A DNA stretch of 64,000 bases from the human T2T-CHM13v2.0 reference genome, Homo sapiens: NCBI GenBank assembly GCA_009914755.4, contig CP068257.2, forward strand, positions 15,968,001 to 16,032,000, written 5' to 3'. Within the stretch, counting starts at the first letter, position 1; each line of letters opens with the position of its first letter. Shown here one piece after another: positions 53,285 through 64,000 of the stretch. A model generated the notes under the pieces. The model was not told the origin of the DNA. It made no database searches and saw only the letters and a list, made by a program, of their open reading frames with translations. The position numbers and the translations under genes were made by a program.

Positions 53285-55141
53285 CTATTTAAAAGGAAAA
53301 AATATGAGTCTCAAAGTGACATGAGAATTTGTGACTCAGTGTCAGAATAGTGGTTATGGAAACTTCACTTCTAAGTCACCTGCAGCTGATATTCTGACCA
53401 GTAGACTGCACTTGTGTAAAGATCAATGAACATGATCAGAAAAACAAATGCTAGTGTGGCAGAAGGAAACTGAGATATAACGGATCATTATGAGGTCTGT
53501 GTTGAAGAAGAGGGTATGAGAATTTGAACCAAGAGTTCTATGAATGTCAAATGACTTTGGGCTTCATTGGAACTCTCTACTAGTTAGAGGGGGTGAATTT
53601 CCTATGCACTAGCTTACCACCGGGCAGTTGTAGCTATTAACATATGACCATGAGATCTACGGAAGAAGGAAAAAGGAAACAACTTTATTTTCTGAGTAAC
53701 AATTAGCAGATTAGGGAAATGTGCTTTCAAGGAAACCAAAAGCATGCAGAAGGGAAGGAAACAGTGGAATTCAGGTCTTCCAGGGTCTGTCTTACATGCT
53801 TATTCATCAGGCTTGGGAAATAGCTATTAATATTTATGGGAAAAGTCAAGCTCATGTCCAGTGAGTTAACATGTATGTAACATACATTCCATGTTCACTT
53901 TGGGGTGGGGTTTTATCATTAAAGTGAGGTGGAATTTGACTTTTTACCTCAAAAAGTGAATTATAGGGCACAAAGACATTTGTGCACAGTCTCTGAAAGC
54001 TGGCTGGGACCGGATTAGGGTCTGTAGCTGCTTATCAGGAAACAATGTTTGTAAGGCAGGTCTCTTGTAAAATGGGTGCTGCTGGCAGGATCCCTAAGGT
54101 GGGGGTCCACCCAAATGAGTCTGGCAATGTTTTCCTAGAACAGGTTTCAGTCTAACTGCAGAAAGAAAACTTTATAGCAGTTAACAAGCCTTTTAGTAGT
54201 AATGCAGGATTTTTTGCTCCTTTTCTCGGCTAAAATCCGAGTTCTTGTCTCACAACCAGGAAAAATCAGGTCCACGGACACATTGAAAGGTGAGGAGAGC
54301 GGAATTTATTAAAAGAAAGCTCTCAGCAAAAAGAGGGGGTCCTGCCAATAGGCTCCCACCTCACAGACTGAATACCAGGCCACCACACACGAGCTGAAGA
54401 AGCCAGACTCTTTCCCCTGATTAGGCAGAATTCCTGGTGGCTCCACCCCATTCCCCCAGTGCTCACGTGAGCCCCCAGTCCACCCAGTCCATTGCAGGCA
54501 TGCCCAGGCAAGATCCTGGGCAAATTCCCTTATCTGTCTCCTGGATCTATCGGTAGTTAACAATGTACAGGTACATGACCAAACCCTTTTCTCTGTTATG
54601 GCCGCTTAATTTTCTCTTGAGGGTCTCAGCCACAGAGAGTTCATCTCATCTGTCAGCTGGGGGTATGTTAATGTTAATATACCAAATGCCATTTCAGACC
54701 ATATTGTTCTAAGCAAACAAATATTTGCTTGTAAGCAGGCACAACACAATTTTACAGCCTGTGGTGACTTGGAATATTTTCACTTTCAACCCTTGAACAT
54801 CACCTTCATGAAAGGATTTCTGCATGATGGAGGCAGATAGGTTCTGATCGATGAAAGGGCAGCCCTTTTGGTGAGATCTGATGACAGGATTGTCTGCTAA
54901 GAGAAGGAGCACACGGCCACTGGGGCCTTCAATCTAGAAGCTGCCCTTTGGTATGAACAACTGGCCCAGACAGGTATTTATTTATATGTAACTCCTGCAA
55001 ATATGGAGATGTCTAACTTCCAACAATCACACACAACTTAAACCCCACTAATTTCACCAATGAAAAATTCTAACATGCTAAATAATAAACCTTCTGTATG
55101 TTGACTTCATACAAATACTTTTTAATGCCACCTGGCCAATT

Positions 55142-55431
55142 CTTTTTTTTTTTTTTTTTTTTGTGATGGAGTTTTGCTCTTGTCATCCAGGCTGGAGCGC
55201 AGTGACCCGATCTCGGCTCACTGCAACCTTCGCCTCTTGGGTTCAAGTGAGCCTCAGCCTCCCGAGTAGCTGAGATTACAGGCACCTGCCACCACGCCCG
55301 GCTACTTTTTGTATTTTTAGTAGAGATGGGGTTTCACCATGTTTCCCAGGCTGCTCTCAAACTCCTGACCTCAGGTAATCTGCCCACCTCAACCTCCCAA
55401 AGTGCTGGGATTACAGGCCACGCGCCCGGCC
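55142..55431 (-). mobile_element. Alu SINE, minus strand, 15-bp TSD 'ccac(c/t)tggccaattc'
   Basis: A 21-nt poly-T then gtgatggagttttgctcttgtcatccaggctggagcgcagtgacccgatctcggctcactgcaacc...gattacaggccacgcgcccggcc. The TSD lies at 55127-55141 and 55432-55446. Confidence 0.9.
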
Positions 55432-56142
55432 CCACTTGGCCAATTCTTAGGGTGTTAATTCTATTAGGTTACTTCATGTGCTAATCGATCCCTAGGGTAC
55501 AAATTAGAGTTAATTGCTGCACACAGAGTTCCCAGTGTTTACATACCGTAGTATTGTAAAGTGAATTACAACACACAATGAAATCAAAGGAAACATCAAA
55601 AAGAAAATTTTAAGAAGTCCCCAACATCAAAATGACTGTACCTCTGCTTTACATTGTATCAGTTATAGCTGCCTAATAACGGAGATTCAATTGCGCAAGC
55701 CACCAATTATTGTGTTGGAGGGCATGAGCATATATGGGGCTTTGCAACATTTTAATAAAACAGTTTGAAATAATTTACTGTCTTGATGGTTGTAGCATCA
55801 TGGCTCTTTTAGAGATTCCCCATTAACAAAAGGTAGCCCTTTACTTATAATTGCATGTAATTTTTTTTTTCGATTAACAAGAAAAACCGTGAGTACTAGG
55901 GATGTCTGGGGAGAGCAGTCAGATATCCCAGGGAGAGGTTGTCATAGAAACTGTGCTGGAGAGCAGCTATACACAGGGTAAAATGCACCCTCCAAAGAAG
56001 AGAGGATGGACATTATTGTGAAGCTGCCCTTTCTATCAGTTTCAGAGTGTAAAGCTCTTAATGAATGTCTTTGTGGAAATCATCCTCAGTGATAGCAAGG
56101 GTAGGTAGAATAGAAGGATGCTGGGGCTAATGATATATGCCT

Positions 56143-56275
56143 CAGCTGGGTGCAGTGGCTCATGTCTATAATCCCAGCACTTTGGGAGGCCAAGGCGGGA
56201 GGATTACTTGAGGCCAGGAGTTTGAGACCAGCCTGGGTAACAAACATAACAAGACCCCCGTCTACAAAAACAAAA
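56143..56275 (+). mobile_element. Free left Alu monomer (FLAM-like)
   Basis: cctcagctgggtgcagtggctcatgtctataatcccagcactttgggaggccaaggcgggaggattacttgaggccaggagtttgagaccagcctgggtaacaaacataacaagacccccgtctacaaaaacaaaaacc. Confidence 0.6.
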
Positions 56276-56589
56276 ACCTTCATAGGATTGTTATAGAAAA
56301 TTAAATAGATAACAATCATAAAACACCCACTATGTATAGTCCTTGGAAAATATTAATAGAAATGATAATAATTTTTACATTTATTATCTCATATAATTCT
56401 CACTAGAGCAATCTGAGGGAGGCACAGTCATTATTTCCAACTATTTTTGGATACAAAAATTTATTTTCAATCATGTTTGGACATGGGGAAGGAAGAGACA
56501 TATTCTAGAATTCTATCAGAAGATTAACATCACTTGAGCAACTGCTCAGTCATACCTCTGAGAATAGTAATTTTAAATAAAATAACAAC

Positions 56590-56877
<288 letters not shown>

Positions 56878-57454
56878 AAAATATTTCCTTTTTTTCAATG
56901 AGAAAATGAGGATCAAAGAAGTTGAGTTGCTCAAGGTCACATTGAAAGTAGTAGAGCTGGAACCCAAATGCAAGGTTATCTAGCTCTAGGGCCCATGCCC
57001 TTAACGTCTCTGCTGGACTGAACTAGTGGGCAATCAATAACTGGTAATGATTACAAAAATGGTGGTAGAATAATAAATAGTGGAAGTTTTGATTGCCACG
57101 CTATATGTATGGCAGAATGTCATAGCATTTGTTGATTTTGTTCATTTCCTAAGTTTATTTTTCCCAATGGACATGGAGGAAAGTGTCATCCTATAGGATG
57201 ACAACCAAATTGTTCTGTTTTCTCCTCCTGACTCCCTAATGCAGAGCTCCAGGCTGCTCCAACCAATCTATGGCAGATAGCACTTAAGTTAAAACCTGTT
57301 GGTCATCCCCACCTAATCTTAGTCCTTCTTCAAAACTCCAGGAAAACCAGGAATTTTCTCTCTCTCTCTCTCTCTCTCCGTCTCCCAAAGGAGCAATTTA
57401 TAGCTGGAACTTCCTTACCATACTTTCCCCAATGTTTTAAGACCCTATGTTTTG

Positions 57455-58765
<1,311 letters not shown>

Positions 58766-59360
58766 GAGCACCATGGCTCTGTTCAAACCCATGCCACCTT
58801 TTCTTCCAGTCCTCTTCACTTTTGACATTCTGTCACTGTGTCGGTTTCCCAGTAGTTAAGCGCCAGGTGTGGAATGAGAACCCATTGTGTAAAATGGCAC
58901 AGGTCCACACTGCAATTGGCTCTGGGGAGGCTAAGTCCCGGGAAAATTAATCAAGATGTGTACTCTCCTTTGTGTTCCTGTGCCTGACTCCCACTTGCTC
59001 ATGCTCTCCCAGGGCATGGTGCCTTCCTCAGAGCTAACACAACACTGTGTTCATATCTAGATGAAAGTTCTCACAGGACTGTGACACCATTAATTTTTTT
59101 ATGTGCCTGTTTGCCACCTCAACCCTATCTCCAGTTAAATTCTGAATTCATAGACACTGAGATTATGGCTATGAATTATTCATTTTGGTATCCCAGCATC
59201 TGCTACAATTCTAGTGGTTCAAAAAAGGCATAAATTTATATTTGGATTTTTTGAGTGGATATCTTTTTTTCTGATTTCTTTCTTTCTTCTATACCTCTGT
59301 GAAGGGAGTTTTATAATACAGATGTAAGGGAAAGAAATTTTAAATACGTTAAATATGTTG

Positions 59361-59650
59361 GTCAGGCATGGTGGTTCACGCCTGTAATCCCAGCACTTTG
59401 GGAGGCCAAGGTGGAAGGATCACTTGAGCCCTAGGAATTTGAGACCAGCGTGGGCAGACCCTGTCTCTATGAAAAAATTTAAAAATGAGCTGAGTGTGGT
59501 GGCACACACCTGTAGTCCCAGCTACTTGGAAGGCTGAGGTGGGAGGATCACTTGAGCTCAGGAGTTGGAGACTGCAGTAAGGCATGATTGTACCACTGCA
59601 CTCCAGTCTGGGTGACAAGCAAGACTCTGTCTCAAAAATAAACAAACAAA
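59361..59650 (+). mobile_element. Alu SINE, flanking repeat (t/a)taaatatgtt
   Basis: ggtcaggcatggtggttcacgcctgtaatcccagcactttgggaggccaaggtggaaggatcacttgagccctaggaatttgagaccagcgtgggcagaccc...ccactgcactccagtctgggtgacaagcaagactctgtctcaaaaataaacaaacaaatg. Confidence 0.85.
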
Positions 59651-60736
59651 TGAATAAATATGTTATGCTATCAGCAGTGGTCAATGTCTTAAGAAAAAGC
59701 ATTCATGTTTATCTTAAATGCTCTAATCAGAAGATTCTAAAATGTCTAAGCTTCTTCTTAGGGGGGAAAATCCAAGCACAATGAAGGTTGAGCTGTCTAG
59801 GAAAAACAGTCCTCAGGACCTCAAGGATCTTACTGCTCCCTCCACCTGCAAGATGGAGCCGAGCCCAAGGAGAGGAGATGGTTCTAAAATAGGTACTTTT
59901 CAGCTGGAGCTGGCTTAGAAAGTCACTCTTAATGTCTGATGAAGCTGTAGACAAGGAATTACCCTCAAGTAGTTGAAGCTTCTGTTCCATCGTTCAGGAG
60001 ATAGGGAGAGAAGGGAGACTGCAGAAGAAAGAGACTCCCCAGTGCCTACCCAAGACAGACTCTGTAAGGACTGTCAGGCAGTGGGTTGGAAAATCAATGC
60101 TTTGCCTCTAGACTCCTCTGAACTCTCTTTGTGTGTTTGGATCAGTTACTAGTATGGTTGTTTCTTTTTTGGCAATGAATTGTCTCTAAATCTCCTTGAA
60201 CTTTTTGGACAGAACAGAGGGACATAGTAATATATTTAGATTGTTATGAACTGTATCTTGCTTGTCATATTGAAACATGGAAACACTACCCTCATCCACT
60301 CCTTAGTGAATCTCCTGCTTTATCATGGGATCTGGTTGGAAAGAAAGTATGGTCTTTCTGCCCTTCACCCGTCTCTTCCTAGAGACACTATCCAAGGATG
60401 GTCAACTTCTTTGAAAGTCTTAGTAAAAAGCTGGGTCATGAGCTTTGGTTATTTTTAGACAACAATAGGCGATGGATGAAGCAAGTTTGTAACTAGGAAT
60501 GCGTGGTTTGCACTACTTGGAATGCAGTTTGCCTTCGGGGGTTTGCTGTTTGTAAGACAATTGGCAACACCCCACAGATTTGTGTCAGGAACACCAAAGA
60601 ATTAGAATCAATCATTTGTGAAGAAGCAGAACAGTCCTCCATTAGACTTTATATATTAATAAAAATGAGCACAAGTGAGGGTCAGATCTGTTCACCAGGT
60701 CCCTAATTATAATTCAGAGAGCCAGGGGAAAGAGAA

Positions 60737-60742
<6 letters not shown>

Positions 60743-60767
<25 letters not shown>
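60743..60767. repeat. Isolated poly(A) tract, ~23 nt
   Basis: gaaaaaagtaaaaaaaaaaaaaaaaaaaaaaagaag. There is no recognisable retroelement body directly upstream. Confidence 0.8.
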
Positions 60768-61961
60768 GAAGAATGCCTGACGTTTGGGAACACTAAACAG
60801 AGACAGAAGATTTTTCTGTCTTTCACGTCAAACATCCAGCCACGTGCTCACTTTTTTTCCTTGAAAGGCATTTAACGTTGTGGGATTATATTTTTCTTCC
60901 TGACTCCTAGAAAAATATAAATGTCATCGACGTTTGATCTCATCTAGGTAGTTTGAAGGCTCTTCGTTTGTGGGTAGGAAAGTTAATGCCACAAAATGTA
61001 CTAAAATTCAAAAACATTCCAACTTTAATGATTCACAGCAAAGTCAGAATGCAGGTCAGATGCTGTATTTCTGATATTTAAAAAATACAAAAAGAATTCT
61101 TTGAAAGTATGTTTCCAAAAGACAGTAGACATTTGTACTATTTATCATTCAGCAAGAGCTAAATAGCATAGGAACATGGTTATTCTAAGTTACATTTTGA
61201 AAAAAGAGAAACAAAACAATTATTTCTGAAAACAGCAAAAACATCAAGCTTGCTAATTTGAACAGTTTTGACAGTTGACACAAAGGAGAGAAAAGGGCCT
61301 TTTATGTGTTGTATAAGGAAGATCTGTTGAAGAAAATTAGCTCCTACAGGAATAGGATTGATAATGTGACATATACTCACTCTGATCTAAATTTAACATC
61401 TTCCCACGTTCTCATTGCTCCAATGCCCTTCGAGTTACTATAGTGATCCTACCTTGCCATTCAACATTTAATTCCTAGGTAACAGACAACAACCGTGGCG
61501 ACCAGGGAAGGAATAGGCAAAAATCTATTTATTAAATATTATCTGGAGTTACTTGCTTGAAAAAACATCTCCCCCACAACCCCAGCAGATTTTGGGCTGA
61601 GTTACAACTAAAATATAAATTGTACAAGAAGAACCAAGAAGAATTTTCAGGCTCCAATTTTGAGTTTTAGAATCTTGACATAATGGCACAGACCCCCAAA
61701 ATAAAGATTCTGAAATAAGCACTTTTCATCTGGAGCTGGCCTGGAAAGTCTCTCTTAATGCTTGATGGAGCTGTAGGCAAGGAAATACCCTCAACTAGTT
61801 GCGGCTTCTGTTCCATCCACTGATGTTGTACCATATGCTTATCCTTCCTCTAAAATGGGCAGATACATGATGTGAGAGTTTTTTCTCACAAAATTAGCTT
61901 GCATTAGAAACTTCCAAATGAAAGACTCTTCTGACCACTGGAAAAACAGAGTAAGTACTTA

Positions 61962-62040
61962 CTAGGTTCGTGCAAAAGTAATTGAGGTTTTTGCATCACT
62001 TTAATGGCAAAACCGCAATTAACTTTTGCATTAAACCTCA
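61962..62040. mobile_element. MADE1 (Hsmar1-derived palindromic MITE, ~80 bp) flanked by TA
   Basis: ctaggttcgtgcaaaagtaattgaggtttttgcatcactttaatggcaaaaccgcaattaacttttgcattaaacctca compared with the MADE1 consensus ttaggttggtgcaaaagtaattgcggtttttgccattaaaagtaatggcaaaaaccgcaattacttttgcaccaacctaa. TA sits at 61960-61961 and 62041-62042. Confidence 0.7.
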
Positions 62041-62092
62041 TACATACATCATGTAAGTATACTTATATACATACTTTAAAAATATCTTCTCA

Positions 62093-62186
62093 GTAGCCTT
62101 CTCTTTCAGCTCTCCAGTAAAAGGGCGTCCAAAGATGGTAGCCTTCTCTTTCAGCTCTCCAATAAAAGGATGTCCAAAAACGCATA
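62093..62186. repeat. 47-bp tandem duplication, 2 diverged copies
   Basis: tagccttctctttcagctctccagtaaaagggcgtccaaagatgg followed by tagccttctctttcagctctccaataaaaggatgtccaaaaacgc. Confidence 0.8.
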
Positions 62187-62650
62187 CCTGAGGAGCACAA
62201 AAATACCCCACTATTTCCAGGTATTGGTCCTGTGGCAGGCCAGGTCTCACTAATGCAGTCTTCCATAACACCTGCTTCGGTACTGACTGACTGGCTAAGT
62301 TTTAAAAGCCAGTGCCCTTATACAAAGACTGGAATGTAACAAAAGCCCACCAAGAGTTTTGCCTAGGCTTTTCCTGAGCCTTAAAGCATAACAAAATAAC
62401 GAAGGAATCCTTAACGGGACCCATTTAGGATTAAACAAGTTTTATTGGGAGTCTGAAGAAACTCCCCAGGCTTCACAAAGAAGCTTATTGGGGTTCTGAA
62501 GGAACTCCCCAAACCTCCATGATTTAGCAGGAGACAAGATAAGGGTAATCACCCCAGCACCTGGACCCATTTAGATCAAGTAAATTTATTGAGGTTCCAG
62601 GGGAAGGTCTCAGGACTCAGACCTTAGTTATAGATTAAAAGAAGTTAATC

Positions 62651-62968
62651 ATGGCCAGGCATGGTGGCTCAAGCCTGTAATCTCAGCACTTTGGGAGGCT
62701 GAGGCAGGTGGATTGCCTGAGGTCAGGAGTTCGAGACAGCCTGGCCAACGTGGTGAAACCCCATCTCTACTAAAAATACAAAAATTAGCTGGGTGTGGTG
62801 GCAGGTGCCTGTAATCCCAGCTACTCAGGAGGCTGAGCCAGGAGAATCGCTTAGAACCCGGGAGGCAGAGATTGCAGTGAGCCAAGATTTCACCACTGCA
62901 TTCCTGCCTGGGTGACAGAGTAGTGAGATTCTGCCTCAAAAAAAAAAAAAAAAAAAAAGGAAAAAAAG
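62651..62968 (+). mobile_element. Alu SINE, long A tail, TSD 'agttaatca'
   Basis: ggccaggcatggtggctcaagcctgtaatctcagcactttgggaggctgaggcaggtggattgcctgaggtcaggagttcgagacagcctggccaacgtggtgaaacc... About 21 A's then ggaaaaaaag. The TSD lies at 62645-62652 and 62968-62976. Confidence 0.9.
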
Positions 62969-64000
62969 TTAATCACATGTGTCTTTAGATGAATGCACAC
63001 TTACATGTAGACATATAGCTTACAAGGTATATAAGCGCTGGAAAACTTTGTGATTTTGAGTTGGTCTGGTGATAATTTCCAGGCCTTCTCCCTGTAAACG
63101 GCTGCAGAAATAAAAACTCTCTTTCTCCCCAGTTCATCTGCATCTCGTTATTGGGCCACGAGAAATAGCAGCCTGATAGTCAGTTACATCTGGGAACAGT
63201 CCTACAATGCAGTTTTCTGTGTTAGAAATAGCAATAAATCCATTCGAATGCAGGGTCCTGAACTAAGAACCCGTACTTTAAAATCTAACTTTTTCATTGC
63301 CATGGAGTGAGCAAAGGGGAACACAAACAAAAAATTAATAAAAGCAGACCAAAAGTACACTAGAAAAGTAGACAGTGAAAAAAGGAAAGGAGAGATAGAT
63401 ATGACGAAAATAAAGTGTTATATTCAGAAATCAGAAAGTAATACTGATTGTAACATTTGTTAAACTCTTCCTTTATCCCCAGGCTCATGCTAAGCACCTT
63501 ACCTTCATTATTGTATGAAGTCCTCGTGGCAGCTATGTGGGCTTGCCACTATTAATATTTCCATATTACAGAAATATAGGGTCCAGCCCTACGGAGCTTG
63601 GCGGGTGTTCTCCTGGTGTGCAGAGATGAGAGATTGTAATAAATAAAGACACAAGACAAAACGATAAAGAGAAAAGAGCTGGACCCGGGGACCACTACCA
63701 TTAAGACGCATAGACTGGTAGTGGCCCTGAACGGCTGGACACACTGATATTTATTGCATATAAGACAAGGGGGCAGGGTAAGGAGGGTGAATCTTCTAAG
63801 TGATTGACAAGGTGAAGCAAGTCACATGATCACAGGACAGGTGGCCCTTCCTTCTTAGGTAGCCAAAGCACACAGAGAGAAGGCAGCATAGGTCAGTGTT
63901 TTCTTCTATGCACTTATAAGAAAGATCAAAGACTTTAAGACTGTCACCATTTCTGCTACCGCTATCTACTACGAACTTCAAAGAGGAACCAGGAGTATGG

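Noticed and set aside
63687-63727. Imperfect hairpin gggaccactacca-ttaagacgcatagac-tggtagtggccc near the window end
   Set aside because: A 9-bp perfect stem with one bulge. It is too short to call a structured RNA or transposon terminus without supporting context, and is probably chance.

Overview
This window is not a prokaryotic or phage locus. It reads as primate, most likely human, genomic DNA, and nearly all of its recognisable structure is interspersed repeats.

- **5' edge (1-420):** a GC-rich CpG island with GC boxes, presumably a promoter whose gene continues upstream of, or diverges from, the window start.
- **Rest of the window:** AT-rich and gene-poor. I see about 35 Alu insertions, including three young AluY copies with intact CpGs, long A-tails and clean target-site duplications. 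There are also several L1 fragments, one Tigger1 DNA transposon (about 3.2 kb, minus strand) that still encodes a recognisable stretch of pogo-like transposase and carries three nested Alus, a pogo-like MITE, a MADE1 MITE, several MIR fragments, and many LTR fragments of the ERVL/ERVL-MaLR classes (here labelled MaLR/ERVL). One LTR element is a complete THE1/MST-class copy with both LTRs and its internal region. Microsatellites and small local duplications are scattered through.
- **Coding potential:** I could not support any protein-coding exon. Every ORF of 60 aa or more in the supplied track falls in Alu, L1, LTR, transposon-antisense or low-complexity sequence.
- **Most unusual item:** a 31-nt exact antisense copy of the 5' stem-loop of U6 snRNA (nt 1-31, ending exactly at U6 nt +1), sitting between two copies of a 21-bp direct repeat at 4404-4468. 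It looks like an RNA-templated patch insertion.

No evidence of a novel 'system' in the prokaryotic sense was found. Repeat family names come from my memory of consensus sequences and need confirmation with RepeatMasker/Dfam.
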